Shown: piece by piece, positions 17,914-28,820 of the stretch
Numbering within the stretch: the stretch's first letter is position 1
Layout: every line of letters begins with the position of its first letter
IMG/VR virus record: IMGVR_UViG_3300045976_000117
Span: 1-64,000 of that record
Length of the DNA: 64,000 bases
Reading direction: 5' to 3' (one strand)
Origin: a virus
Program-made: the position numbers and the translations under genes
The notes under the pieces: model-generated
Database searches by the model: none
What the model was told of the DNA's origin: nothing
Seen by the model: only the letters and a program-made list of their open reading frames with translations

Positions 17914-20900
17914 ATGGCCGATTATCAGGCTGGCACCGCTTTTCTCACCGTGCTACCGGATATGTCGGGATTCGGCGCCAAGGTCCGCGAAGAGTTAGCC
18001 AAGGATCAGACCGAACTTAAAATTCCGGTCAAGCCTGATGTAGACACCACCAAGGGTGCCAAGGACGGAGAAGAGTACGGCGGTGCCTTCGGCGATGCAA
18101 TGAAGGCGCGCATTGAGGCTGCTCTCAAGTCACTGCCCAAGGCACAGATCGACGCAGACTCGACAGAAGCTGATCGAAAGATTGATGAGCTTCGTACTCG
18201 GCTTGAAGAGCTCCGTGACAAGAGAATAGGAATCGATCTCTCCGCGGAGGAAGCACTAGCTGAGATAGCCGGTATCAAAACTGATCTGGACGAATTAGGG
18301 CGAAAGTCGCCTAACGTTCAGGTCAAGGTCGATGCTCTCAAGGCCGCTGCGGATTTAGCCGGTATCAGGGCTGAGGTCACTGCGCTTGATGGCAAGAACG
18401 TCGATATCAGGGTTAGTGATGGCGGATCTGCCCGTCAAGCCACGAGTGACGTTAATGGTCTTCTCTTGGCAGGTCTGTCGCTAGGTCCGGCGCTGATTCC
18501 CATAGGCTCCGCGGTTGCTGCCGCGTTCGCCAGTATCGGCACTGGCGCGGTGATCGGCGCGGGTGCTATTGCTACGGTTGTTCTTGGCTTCCATGGCGTC
18601 ACTGACGCACTGAAAGACATGGACACTGCTCAGCAGAGCAGTGGCAAGACCGCGGCTCAGACGGCAGCTCAGCAGATATCTTCGGCTAACAGTGTTGCGT
18701 CGGCTCAGGACGGCGTACGAAACGCGGTAAGAGCCGTTGCCGACGCTCAGCACGAAGCTGCTATTTCTGCTCAGCAAAGTGCTCAGCAGGTAGCCAGTGC
18801 ACAGCAGTCATTGCAAGATGCCTATATTCAGTCGGGCATTGCGATGCGCGGTGCCCTTCAATCCGAAGAGCAAGCTCGGCAGTCGTTACAAAGTGCTATC
18901 TATTCTCAGACGGTCGCTGAGCAGACATTAGCTAACGCTCAGCAACAGGAGCAACTAGCTCAGGAGTCATTGACTCTGGCTAGGCAGGCTGCTCAGCGGC
19001 AAATCGAGTCACTGACTCTGGCCGTCGAAGACGGAGCATTGGCGGAACGGCAAGCCGCACTTAACATTCAGCAGACCAAACAGCAGCTTGATCAAACGCT
19101 TGCCAATCCTCAAGCATCACAACTTCAGCGTGATCAAGCTCAACTGAGCTATGACCAGGCTGTTCAGCAACTCAAGGACGTTCAGGCTCGTAACAAGAAT
19201 CTGCAAGAGGATCAGGCTGCTGCGGCCAAGGCCGGAGTAGACGGTTCTCAGCAGGTACAAGCTGCTCAGCGCGGAGTGCAGCAGGCTACTCAAGGCGTCG
19301 CGGCAGCTCAGCACGGCGTGCAACAAGCTGCTCAAGATGTGGCTAACGCTCAGCAGAATTTAGCGAATGCCCAAGCCAATGTAGCAGAAACACAGCGTAC
19401 CAATACGGAACGCATTGCTCAGGCGCAGCAGGCATTAGCTAGTGCGGAGCAAAATCAGGCTGAGACGGCTCGCAAGAACGCGGAGTCTATTCAAAAGGCT
19501 CAGGAAGGTGTTGTTTCTGCTCAGCGGGCCCTGGCCGGAGCACTCGCTCAGCAAGCAGCTCAACAGGACACCGTAAGCGCTTCAGCCAATAAACTGGCTA
19601 AGGATATGGCCGATCTGTCTCCGGCCGGACGCCAGTTTGTCACCTTCCTTCATGATGAGATGGAGCCTAAGGTCAAAGACCTTCAGGCCACCGCACAAGA
19701 AGGATTGTTACCGGGAGTCGAGGACGGGCTTCGTGCCCTGTTCCCGGTATTCCCTGAAATCACTAGTTTTGTCAATGTTTTCGCTACGTCGTTAGGTGAT
19801 CTAGCCCGGCGTGCGGGTCAGGCATTGACTGATCCTTTCTGGCGCAATTTCTTCGGGTTTATTAAAGACGAAGCCGGTCCGTCGATTCAGACCTTCGGCA
19901 CCATTATCGGCAATATCTTTACAGGTATTGCCGGTATGCTCCAAGGTTTTAAGCCCATCTGGGACGCGATGGGCGTAAGCATCGAGAATTTTACGGACAA
20001 ATTCGCTGCATGGGGCAAGGCTGTTGCTTCGGGGGATAGTGAAGGGTTTAACAAATTCCTTCAGTATGTGCAAGAGTCAGCACCGGTCGTAATAGATTTC
20101 CTCAAGCAATTTGGCACACTCATTGGCCATATTGTTGATGCGTTTGCTGGTCAAGGCATCAGTACTCTGCAAGTTCTTACCGAGACACTGCGGATCATCA
20201 ATGGCCTTCCTTTGCCGGTAATTCAGGCATTGATTGACCTGTACATCGCTATTAAGGCTGCCACATTGGTGTCTAATGGACTGAAGTCCATTAGTGACAC
20301 TTTCATCACAATCGGTAAACTACCGGGACAGATCAAGGATTTTGCAGGAACCATTAGAGATCTGCCCGGCGATATTGCCAAGATCGGTGCATCACTCAAG
20401 ACCAACATCAGTGATGCTCTAGATAAAATCAAGAGTGGTGGTGGCCTGAAGGGTGCCCTAGGGCTTACCGGCATCGCGGTGGGTGCCTATGTGGCGGGAT
20501 CCGCACTCGAAGCGGCTGGCTCACCTTTGCCGGAGGGGCAGTCATTCGGCACGGCCAGCACGGGCGCCAAGGTGTCCGACGCGGCAGACACGGCGGGCAA
20601 GCTGCTTACCCTTGATATTCCCGGCCTGTTCGACAAAATTAGTCAGAATATCAAGCAGTTGCCCGATGACCTGCACACCGCGGGTGATCGGATCTCCGGA
20701 TTTGCTCAAGGCATTAAGGATGCCTTCGGAGGTATTGGTGACGGGGTAGGTCAGCTGAGGACTGATCTTGGCGTCGCATGGTCGAACATAGCTGACAATG
20801 CATCTACCCGGTGGAATGGAATCAAGAATGCTGTAAGTAATGCTGCCGGTGATTTCAGGAACACGGTATCCGATCACGTCACTTCACTCGGTAAAACGCT

Positions 20901-22338
20901 CCATGATGACTGGGATTCTTTCTGGCAAAACGCTAGTGACCGCTGGTCGAACATTCGGGACACTGTCAGCGACAGGGCTAGGGAACTTCGTGACAACGCA
21001 AGTAACCATGCCGCGGAGTTGCGAGACTGGTTGGGTGGCCATTGGCAGACTATCTGGCAAAGTGCCACGGACAGATGGAACACGATACGAACTGACGTAA
21101 GCAATATCGCTGGCAGCATCCGTGATGGAGTCAGCAGTGCTATCGGTGCTTTACGAGACAATGTCACTGGAGCATTCCAGACCGCGGTAGACAATATCCA
21201 GAACATCTGGAATCGCCTTGGTGACATAGCGAAAGTGCCCGTCAATTTCGTTATCAACACTGTCTACAATGCGGGCATCGTTCCCATGTGGAACGGTATT
21301 GCCGGGCTCTTCGGACTGGCCAAGCTCAATCCAGCAGTGCCCCTCGCAACTGGCGGTGTGCTGCCGGGCTACTCGCCTGGCCGGGACTCCGTACCAGCTA
21401 TCCTGTCTCCCGGTGAGGGCGTACTCGTACCGGAGGCTGTGCGTGGCCTAGGGCCTGACTTCGTTCACTCAGCGAACGCCTATTTCTCCGGAGGTAGGAG
21501 TACAGGTGGCCGGAGCAGTGCCGGAGGGGTCAGCTACTTTGCCGATGGCGGCATAGTCGGCAGTGTCATAGGCGGAATTGCTGACTTCGTTGCCGATCCT
21601 ATCGGCGCGGTGAAGAAGGCCTTTAACTCGGTACTAGGTGCGACTATTCCTGGCATCGGGCTATTGCATGACGCTCTGGCCGCAATTCCCGCCAAGGTGG
21701 TGGACGGAGCAGTCAGCCTGGTCAAGGGAGCAGTAGCTAAGATCGGTAGCTTCTTCTCCGCAGCCTTCACCGGGTCACCGGATCTCCAAGGCTGGATCAT
21801 GCAAGCGATCCAGTTGACCGGAGTACCCGCAAGTTGGGCAGGCCCATTGTCAGTTCTCATTATGAGAGAGTCGGGTGGCAATCCCAACGCAATTAACAAT
21901 TGGGATAGTAATGCAGCGGCCGGGCATCCGTCTCAAGGCCTTATGCAGACTATCCCTAGCACTTTCTCGGCATACCACCAACCGGGAACGAGCTGGAATA
22001 TACTTGATCCTATTGCCAACATCGCGGCAGGTATTAACTATATTCGAGCTGTGTATGGGGATATTAGCAATGTGCAGCAAGCTAACCCCAACCTGCCACC
22101 GAAGGGATACGACTCCGGAGGTTGGCTACCGCCTGGGATAACAGTGGCCTACAACGGCACTGGGCAGCACGAAAGAATATTGACCGGACCGCAGTATCAG
22201 CAACTCACCGCGGCTGCTTCCCGTAGCGAGTTGCAGCCGGTCACGGTCAATGTTTACCCACGTGCTGAACATTCAGAAGCCGATATAGCGGACATGGTGA
22301 GCCGACGACTCGAGTTTGCCATGCGAGCCAACACCTAA
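17914..22338 (+). CDS. Tape measure protein with C-terminal lytic transglycosylase
   Basis: 1474 aa A/Q-rich helical; RESGGNPNAINNWDSNA..G.PSQGLMQ SLT motif. Confidence 0.95.
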   Translation: MADYQAGTAFLTVLPDMSGFGAKVREELAKDQTELKIPVKPDVDTTKGAKDGEEYGGAFGDAMKARIEAALKSLPKAQIDADSTEADRKIDELRTRLEELRDKRIGIDLSAEEALAEIAGIKTDLDELGRKSPNVQVKVDALKAAADLAGIRAEVTALDGKNVDIRVSDGGSARQATSDVNGLLLAGLSLGPALIPIGSAVAAAFASIGTGAVIGAGAIATVVLGFHGVTDALKDMDTAQQSSGKTAAQTAAQQISSANSVASAQDGVRNAVRAVADAQHEAAISAQQSAQQVASAQQSLQDAYIQSGIAMRGALQSEEQARQSLQSAIYSQTVAEQTLANAQQQEQLAQESLTLARQAAQRQIESLTLAVEDGALAERQAALNIQQTKQQLDQTLANPQASQLQRDQAQLSYDQAVQQLKDVQARNKNLQEDQAAAAKAGVDGSQQVQAAQRGVQQATQGVAAAQHGVQQAAQDVANAQQNLANAQANVAETQRTNTERIAQAQQALASAEQNQAETARKNAESIQKAQEGVVSAQRALAGALAQQAAQQDTVSASANKLAKDMADLSPAGRQFVTFLHDEMEPKVKDLQATAQEGLLPGVEDGLRALFPVFPEITSFVNVFATSLGDLARRAGQALTDPFWRNFFGFIKDEAGPSIQTFGTIIGNIFTGIAGMLQGFKPIWDAMGVSIENFTDKFAAWGKAVASGDSEGFNKFLQYVQESAPVVIDFLKQFGTLIGHIVDAFAGQGISTLQVLTETLRIINGLPLPVIQALIDLYIAIKAATLVSNGLKSISDTFITIGKLPGQIKDFAGTIRDLPGDIAKIGASLKTNISDALDKIKSGGGLKGALGLTGIAVGAYVAGSALEAAGSPLPEGQSFGTASTGAKVSDAADTAGKLLTLDIPGLFDKISQNIKQLPDDLHTAGDRISGFAQGIKDAFGGIGDGVGQLRTDLGVAWSNIADNASTRWNGIKNAVSNAAGDFRNTVSDHVTSLGKTLHDDWDSFWQNASDRWSNIRDTVSDRARELRDNASNHAAELRDWLGGHWQTIWQSATDRWNTIRTDVSNIAGSIRDGVSSAIGALRDNVTGAFQTAVDNIQNIWNRLGDIAKVPVNFVINTVYNAGIVPMWNGIAGLFGLAKLNPAVPLATGGVLPGYSPGRDSVPAILSPGEGVLVPEAVRGLGPDFVHSANAYFSGGRSTGGRSSAGGVSYFADGGIVGSVIGGIADFVADPIGAVKKAFNSVLGATIPGIGLLHDALAAIPAKVVDGAVSLVKGAVAKIGSFFSAAFTGSPDLQGWIMQAIQLTGVPASWAGPLSVLIMRESGGNPNAINNWDSNAAAGHPSQGLMQTIPSTFSAYHQPGTSWNILDPIANIAAGINYIRAVYGDISNVQQANPNLPPKGYDSGGWLPPGITVAYNGTGQHERILTGPQYQQLTAAASRSELQPVTVNVYPRAEHSEADIADMVSRRLEFAMRANT

Positions 22339-22365
22339 TCGCTAAAGAGACGGAGGGGAGAGATA

Positions 22366-23301
22366 ATGGCCGGATTCCCCTCCGTCTCTTTAGATGGCCA
22401 GCAGTTCTACTATCGACTTAACAGTGTGTTTGGCAGTTCGATTCCTGTGGACAGTAACGGGGTCGAATGGCTTCTGACTAAATTTGATGGATGGTCTGGC
22501 CGTCCTGCACCACGCACCGCACGTACCGACAAACCTGGGCATTCCGGTCAGTTTCGCAGTTCGGCCTATCATGGCCCAAAGATTATCAATCTGGAAATTG
22601 TCGCCACCGCGCCGGATGATTTGACCATGCGGGTTGCCGAGACCGCAGTAGAAGCACTGTGCTCCGACCCTGCTCGGCTGTATCCCCTAGTGGTAGACGA
22701 GTCTGGCATGACCAGAACCATGATGGTCGAATTGGATGATGCGATACAAATCGCGCCACGTACTTGGAATAGTTCACTCATCGGCATGCGGTTGGCGGCA
22801 CCGGACCCTCGAAAGCATGACAATGCCTGGCAGTCTCCAAGTGTGAATCTCGGTATACCTCCCAGTGGCGGTGCCGACTTCTCAGCGCCCGGCCTGAATT
22901 ACTCAGTTGTCCCTGGTGTCGACTTCGGCACACCAGGAACACCAGCCGTGGCAACCGTACATAATTCGGGCACAGCTATCGCCTACCCTATTTTCGCAGT
23001 ACAAGGGCCTTTATCGGCAAACTGGCAAATCTATGATGTGACCAACGGTGTGGTACTGACTTATACCAAAGCATTGAGTGCTACGGATTTTGTCACGATC
23101 AATACCGATGATTTTCCGGCTCAGGGATTTCCCGGCCATGGCGTGTATCTCAACAGCACAAATAATCAACGGGCTTCGCTGCTGACCACTGCGGGATGGC
23201 CCTATGTGTTGCCTGGCCAGACTGTGACGTACAACCTCCGCGCACCTAACTACTCCGCGGCTGCCTTGATGACTATTTCATTGAGGAGTGCTTGGCACTG
23301 A
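22366..23301 (+). CDS. Distal tail protein (Dit)
   Basis: After TMP; L.APDPRK, N.GT..A.P.F.V.GP, ends RSAWH. Confidence 0.85.
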   Translation: MAGFPSVSLDGQQFYYRLNSVFGSSIPVDSNGVEWLLTKFDGWSGRPAPRTARTDKPGHSGQFRSSAYHGPKIINLEIVATAPDDLTMRVAETAVEALCSDPARLYPLVVDESGMTRTMMVELDDAIQIAPRTWNSSLIGMRLAAPDPRKHDNAWQSPSVNLGIPPSGGADFSAPGLNYSVVPGVDFGTPGTPAVATVHNSGTAIAYPIFAVQGPLSANWQIYDVTNGVVLTYTKALSATDFVTINTDDFPAQGFPGHGVYLNSTNNQRASLLTTAGWPYVLPGQTVTYNLRAPNYSAAALMTISLRSAWH

Positions 23302-23526
23302 ATAATCTTTACACATTTCTGGCCAGCCAAAGTCACAAGTTACACAACGTCGTAAAAGCCAATCAGTCATGTCTGAGCTAGACGACCATAAAAATTGGTG
23401 TGCTCCTTCGATGAATCCACGATATATCGTCTGCGGGGGTTGGTAGTCACTAGTGATCCTCCCTCCACATTTGGGGCAGCTCACATTATCTCCGCTAAAT
23501 AGCGGGTATGGCGTTGAGTTTGTCAT
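23278..23526 (-). CDS. Zinc-ribbon protein, antisense in tail operon
   Basis: CPKC...C..CDFGW; occupies the only gap between two tail genes. Confidence 0.55.
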   Translation of the reverse strand: MTNSTPYPLFSGDNVSCPKCGGRITSDYQPPQTIYRGFIEGAHQFLWSSSSDMTDWLLRRCVTCDFGWPEMCKDYSVPSTPQ

Positions 23527-23552
23527 GCCAAGATTATAGCGAAGAGGTTTTT

Positions 23553-24743
23553 ATGTCGAATACTGCTCCGCATCAGCAACCGGGTTTTGTTGACAGAGAC
23601 ACCACCAACAGCAACGGCAACACTGCTCAGAGCTTCCGGTATGCGCTGGGTGGCTTGATGCAGCCTGCGCCGTTGCAGACCTTCCAGTGGGCATCCGGAG
23701 TACTGCCGGGTGACGCCTCAGGCAGTACCATTACGGACTACCAGGTCACACAGGCCAGCCCGTCAGCCAACATGACGGTACTGGTCCAACCTGGCCAGCT
23801 CGTCATTGCTCGAGCCTCAGCCGGGCCCTACATCGGCACCAGCAACGCGGCATTCAACGTCACCATTCCTGCTGCGAACACCCTGCCTCGGATCGACTAC
23901 GTCTGTATGCGGGTACGCGACCTAGGAGTGGATGGCGTCGGCGCGGCAGCTCAAACCTACTTTCCGGTCGTGCTGTCCGGCACTCCAGCCGGTAGCCCCT
24001 CCGAGCCCGTCAGTCAGCTCACAGACGGAGATTTCGTCCTCGCCGCGGTGACTGTGCGGGCCAACACTACAAGCATCCTCAACAGTGATATTTCAGATCG
24101 GCGCCTCTATGTGGCGGCACAAGGCGGCATTTATCCCGCGGGGACACAAGATACCCGCATTGGCGCCTACCCCGGTCATACCCGATTTAATCAGAACACT
24201 GGGTCTACCGAGCAATGGAACGGCGCAGCATGGGTGGTCATCGCTTCACCGAGTGTCTGGTCATCATGGAATCCGACCCTCACTTATGCCGGAGCCGGAG
24301 CCATCACCGCAGGGACTGTTAATCTGGGATCTGGTTCGGTCGTGACTGGTCGTTATATGCTCCAGGGCAAAAAGTTACAACTAGCCTACACATTCCAATA
24401 TGGTACGTCAGGATACAACTCCGGTGCCGGAGCAATCCGTACCACATTGCCGCCCGGCATGGTTTCACGCGCGGTGGGTGAGACACAGATTCTTTGCCAG
24501 TTATACACTGGTAGCACCACCGCGCTGGTATGGGCGGGTACTGCCCACATACCGCCAAACAGCAATAGTATCCGTCCCCAATTCCCGCAGAGTGCCAGTC
24601 AGGCGAATATCGGCGCGTGGGCGGCATCCGGTACTCAAGGCACGGCAGGTGCAGCGGGTACAGGCTGGCCACTCATTCCCGGTCAGTTCAGTGACGGGCC
24701 AGGTGCCATTTTGAATGTCAACGGGACGATTGAGATTCAGTAA
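23553..24743 (+). CDS. Minor tail/baseplate-fibre protein
   Basis: A..LPRID.V..RV.D, G.PA.SP..P, I..SDI.D.R motifs. Confidence 0.8.
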   Translation: MSNTAPHQQPGFVDRDTTNSNGNTAQSFRYALGGLMQPAPLQTFQWASGVLPGDASGSTITDYQVTQASPSANMTVLVQPGQLVIARASAGPYIGTSNAAFNVTIPAANTLPRIDYVCMRVRDLGVDGVGAAAQTYFPVVLSGTPAGSPSEPVSQLTDGDFVLAAVTVRANTTSILNSDISDRRLYVAAQGGIYPAGTQDTRIGAYPGHTRFNQNTGSTEQWNGAAWVVIASPSVWSSWNPTLTYAGAGAITAGTVNLGSGSVVTGRYMLQGKKLQLAYTFQYGTSGYNSGAGAIRTTLPPGMVSRAVGETQILCQLYTGSTTALVWAGTAHIPPNSNSIRPQFPQSASQANIGAWAASGTQGTAGAAGTGWPLIPGQFSDGPGAILNVNGTIEIQ

Positions 24744-24795
24744 GTAATTCATAAACCGGGGGAGCCGGGCTGCCCTGAATTTGGAGGATTAAGCC

Positions 24796-25422
24796 GTGTC
24801 TTTTCGCTGGTACAGGCAAGCCCCGGTCAAGGCTTGGAATCAAGAAATCAAGTTCACAACTGACACAATCAAAGCGACGTTGCACACGGCAACATACTCG
24901 CCTAATCAGGACACGCATGCTTATGTGTCAGATCTGAGTAATGAGCTTACGACCGCTAACGGGTACACCGTAGGTGGTATGACACTGGCGTCCTGTACTT
25001 GTTCCTACACCGCGGCTAACTCCTGGTCGACAACCTGGCAGGCCAGCACCGCATACGCAGTTGATTTTGTTATCAGACCGGCAACTGGTAACGGGTTCCT
25101 GTACCGGTGCGCGGTGGCGGGTACCTCCGGCGGCAGTGCACCTACCTGGCCGACTGTGGTAGGCACCACAGTCACCGATGGCGGTGTGACCTGGGAATGT
25201 ATCGGTTCCGGCATCATCGTATTCAATGCCACGTCGCCTAGCTGGGCTACCGCGACCTTTGGTCCCTGTCGTTATCTGGTCCTCTCTGACCGAACTCCCT
25301 CCACCGCGGCGACTCAGCCGTTAATCGGGTATTTCGATTTTGGATCTGACAAGACGGGTCAGGGTGGCGCTTTCACATTCAACTTCAACCCGCAGGGTAT
25401 CGCTCATATTTTCGTGCCGTAA
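24796..25422 (+). CDS. Minor tail protein with CBM-like insert
   Basis: DTIK..L....Y.PN.DTH...GY..GG; WQASTAY...Y.C..AGTSG...P.WPT..G.TVTDG.VTW insert. Confidence 0.75.
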   Translation: MSFRWYRQAPVKAWNQEIKFTTDTIKATLHTATYSPNQDTHAYVSDLSNELTTANGYTVGGMTLASCTCSYTAANSWSTTWQASTAYAVDFVIRPATGNGFLYRCAVAGTSGGSAPTWPTVVGTTVTDGGVTWECIGSGIIVFNATSPSWATATFGPCRYLVLSDRTPSTAATQPLIGYFDFGSDKTGQGGAFTFNFNPQGIAHIFVP

Positions 25423-25440
25423 TAGAACGGTAATTTAGCC

Positions 25441-26190
25441 GTGATTACTGAAGACATCGCGGATACTCCTAACGCATTGACTGTGGCAGGGCTATCAGGT
25501 CCTATTACATCAGCTTCGTTCACTCCTCCTCCCCTATCTTTAGTCGCGGTTTGCGCGGCTGCCGGGTGGTCAGGAGCGACACAGGCTGTTATTAGTTGTT
25601 CGGATTCCGGGTCGCACACCTGGTCAAACCCGATTAAAGCTACGGGCACATCGGGCAATGGTGGGACATCTTCAATTTTCACCTCTTACTTTGCCACATC
25701 GCCAGGGGCTATCACGGTTACTGTCTCGTTTTCTGGATTTTCATCCGGAACCGGAGGCATGTTTGCTGATTTCTTTGTTTTCCAAGGGGCTGCTGCGAGT
25801 CAGACAGGAGCCGGTACCGGATCGAAACTTTCCACAACCGGCTTGAATGGTACCTTTAACATCACCACAACCCAGAAAAATTCATGGATTGTGGGTGTCA
25901 GTGATGATTCTACCAACGGTGCTTTATGGACTCCAGCAACTGGTGTTGCAGTGTGGACTCAATGGCAAGATGTGGCGACACCCCCTGCCGGAGATAATAT
26001 TACTTCTGTTTCTTGGTTTGCTAATGTGTTACCTACCGCGACTTCGTACACTGTCGGCGGTACCTGGGCTGCCAATGGTTCATCGAACCACACAACACAA
26101 CAGTGTGCACTAGAGATTATCCCGGCGGCTGATTTACCATTACGGCCGGTTATTAATTACATTCCGGCAGTACGGTCGTCCTATCTGTGA
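25441..26190 (+). CDS. Minor tail protein
   Basis: T/S/G-rich beta protein in tail operon. Confidence 0.65.
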   Translation: MITEDIADTPNALTVAGLSGPITSASFTPPPLSLVAVCAAAGWSGATQAVISCSDSGSHTWSNPIKATGTSGNGGTSSIFTSYFATSPGAITVTVSFSGFSSGTGGMFADFFVFQGAAASQTGAGTGSKLSTTGLNGTFNITTTQKNSWIVGVSDDSTNGALWTPATGVAVWTQWQDVATPPAGDNITSVSWFANVLPTATSYTVGGTWAANGSSNHTTQQCALEIIPAADLPLRPVINYIPAVRSSYL

Positions 26191-26202
26191 AGGAAAATAT
26201 AT

Positions 26203-26703
26203 ATGCCTGATATCTACTGGGCGGCCAATGGAGCAATGCCTACGACTGCTGCTCTAGCTAAAGTCGCTACGGGCACGTCTATTAAAACAATGCTTCAAAT
26301 TGCTACACCATCGACTAGGCCTCTTACTGTCGTAGGCTGGGGCGTTAGTTTCGACGGTTCCGCCGCGGGCACTCCAATCATATGTGAGCTTATTGAGACG
26401 GACGTAGCTGCCACGGTTACTGCACATGTGGCATCGGGCATTATGAAATACAATGACCCGAACGCTCCGCCATCACTTGTCACTTTGGGTACTTCCGCTA
26501 CCGGATATACGGCCACCGCGGAGGGGACTATTACGGCGGTACGGTACGGTGATTTAGAAGATGTGCAACCGACGAACCAATACGCAATGTGGTTCCCTGA
26601 AGGCCGTGAATTTCAGGTAGCGGTATCTAAGTTTTTGAGAGTTCGTGTCACAGCGGGTGCCTCTGTCGGTTGTCACACATGGATAGCATGGATTGAAGCA
26701 TAA
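26203..26703 (+). CDS. Minor tail protein, paralog of 4947-5396
   Basis: AAGGA RBS; FPEGREF...RVRVT. Confidence 0.7.
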   Translation: MPDIYWAANGAMPTTAALAKVATGTSIKTMLQIATPSTRPLTVVGWGVSFDGSAAGTPIICELIETDVAATVTAHVASGIMKYNDPNAPPSLVTLGTSATGYTATAEGTITAVRYGDLEDVQPTNQYAMWFPEGREFQVAVSKFLRVRVTAGASVGCHTWIAWIEA

Positions 26704-26732
26704 ATAAAATAAGTGGCTGAATGGGGTGTTAA

Positions 26733-28820
26733 GTGCCTTACCATCTCGGGCATAGCCGACGTCCCATTCAGCCACTCAGTAAGGGACTGCTGTTTACGAC
26801 CGGAGTGCCGGTCACCGTCACGGATACACCGTCAGCTAGACGCAATTATGGGCCTGACGGTTCTCTTGTTATAGACGTTGTTCCGACGGACACACCTGGT
26901 GATCAACGGAGTACCGGGCCCGATGGGTCTCTTGCTATCGGGATCACACTCACTGACAGTCCGGCAGCAAGCCGCTACTACGGACCAGACGGTACCGCAG
27001 CAGTAGGTGTCACCTTCGGAGGGGATACTCCGGCCGCGCTACGGGACTACGGGCCCGATGGAGCAGCCACCCCGGATTTCGTCATCACCGATCGGCCTCG
27101 AGCTCTCCGGATGGCCGGGCCTGATGGTGCTGTGGCCTTTGGCCTGATCTTCACAGATACACCCTCCGCGGGGAGGCATTACGGGCCGGATGGCACCGTT
27201 CAGGCCGATTTACCGGGCGCGTTTAATGTCCAGCTAGATCCTCCATCGGCCGAACGTCATGGCGGCTCTGATGGCTCCGTAGCCCTGGGCGTGGCCTTCA
27301 GTGACCTACCTTGCGGTGCTAGGTATTACGGACCTGATGGCACACTGATTTATGACATTGTGTTGTCGGATTCTCCGACCGGAAGCCGGTTCGGCGGTCC
27401 GGATGGCATTGTCATTTCGTTGCTGGGGGACACTCCTGGTGACCTGCGTTATTACGGGCCGTCTGGGTCGATGGGCATTGATCTGCCCATCGCGGCCGAC
27501 CAGCCTTCTGGCAGTCGCTTAGGTGGTCCATCCGGCCTAGTCAACCTCGGTATTGGTGCCGCCACCAACCTCGCGGACACCCCTTCAGCCACCCGTGGTA
27601 GTGGGCCTGACGGCGTGCTTTTGCTGGCTTTCTTGCCCAGCAAGCCACCTTACATCCCTGTGGCGCCGCTCATTGCCCCGTCATACTCGTTGTGGCTGGC
27701 TGATACGGTAACTGGCCGCATGCTGTGGGGTCTGCCCATGGACACCATGTCATGGGATCTCAAACTCAACGATATCGGTTCTCTGCGAGCAACTCTGGTC
27801 GCGGAAGATGCCTGGGATGCCTTATCGGACCAGGATGAACGTAACCCTCGGACCATGCTCCGAGAAATTCTCTCCGGTACTTGGCGATTTTGCTTTGTGC
27901 TCAAATGGGGAAATAACATCGTCTGGGCTGGTCCCTATCTCAGTTTCACTCGATCAGGGCCAGGCAAAGTCGAGGTACTCGCCGCGGAGATACAGAAAAT
28001 GCTCACCCGACGAGTACTCATCAAGCCAGGGGCCACGGCACCAGGCGATATCACCGGAGACACGGTGATGGGCCCCAATGTGAATAAACGATTCATCGCG
28101 GCGAGTCTGGTATCGCAAGCTCTGGTCGGTACCGGTAAATCTCTGCCGATTAACATTATGACTGATACGACTCCTGGTGTAGAGTATCGGACCTATTACG
28201 GATACGATCTGGCTACTTACTGGGATCGGCTTCGTGAACTGGCTAACGAGTCTGACGGGCCAGAAATTCGGTTTGATCCGAAAATTACGCAAGGAGCTGA
28301 CGGCAATTATCTCAGTTGGGATCTGCAAGTCGGCAATCCGCATCTCGGCAGAGAAGTCACCCCCTGGGTGTTTGACAGCGATGTCAACTCCATTGTTGGA
28401 CTTGACAGCGACGGGTCGAACATCGCTCTGAGCGTGTTTTCCGCAGGTAATGGCCAGTCTCGAGACAAACTCATCACCTCGGCATCGGACACCTCGTTGC
28501 TCAGTGTCGGATGGCCCATTCTCGAGTCTGTTGACAACTCACATACGAGTGAAGTGAGTTACCCAGTACTACAGGCACAGAGTACGGCCATTCTCACCGC
28601 GTGGAAGAAACCGGCTATTTCTTTCAAAACGACGGTACCGGCTGACATAGATCCGATGGTGGGAACTTATCGAGTGGGAGAAGATTTCGCCATCGACATC
28701 AAAAAAGATCCCATCATTCCGGATGGTCTTTATTCACGTCGGATTGCCGGTCTGTCCGGCAGTGAGAAGCCCTGGGTGACCATCACTGATATTGACCCGT
28801 TGCCTGTAGGAGCAAGCTAA
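26733..28820 (+). CDS. Baseplate hub (Tal/gp37-like) with N-terminal GPDG repeats
   Basis: 12 repeats of about 22 aa, then hub-like domain (WAGP, L.ELA...DGPEI.F.P). Confidence 0.7.
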   Translation: MPYHLGHSRRPIQPLSKGLLFTTGVPVTVTDTPSARRNYGPDGSLVIDVVPTDTPGDQRSTGPDGSLAIGITLTDSPAASRYYGPDGTAAVGVTFGGDTPAALRDYGPDGAATPDFVITDRPRALRMAGPDGAVAFGLIFTDTPSAGRHYGPDGTVQADLPGAFNVQLDPPSAERHGGSDGSVALGVAFSDLPCGARYYGPDGTLIYDIVLSDSPTGSRFGGPDGIVISLLGDTPGDLRYYGPSGSMGIDLPIAADQPSGSRLGGPSGLVNLGIGAATNLADTPSATRGSGPDGVLLLAFLPSKPPYIPVAPLIAPSYSLWLADTVTGRMLWGLPMDTMSWDLKLNDIGSLRATLVAEDAWDALSDQDERNPRTMLREILSGTWRFCFVLKWGNNIVWAGPYLSFTRSGPGKVEVLAAEIQKMLTRRVLIKPGATAPGDITGDTVMGPNVNKRFIAASLVSQALVGTGKSLPINIMTDTTPGVEYRTYYGYDLATYWDRLRELANESDGPEIRFDPKITQGADGNYLSWDLQVGNPHLGREVTPWVFDSDVNSIVGLDSDGSNIALSVFSAGNGQSRDKLITSASDTSLLSVGWPILESVDNSHTSEVSYPVLQAQSTAILTAWKKPAISFKTTVPADIDPMVGTYRVGEDFAIDIKKDPIIPDGLYSRRIAGLSGSEKPWVTITDIDPLPVGAS

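Noticed and set aside
18600-19600. Repetitive GCTCAG/CAGCAG DNA
   Set aside because: Explained by the Ala/Gln-rich helical coding of the tape measure protein.
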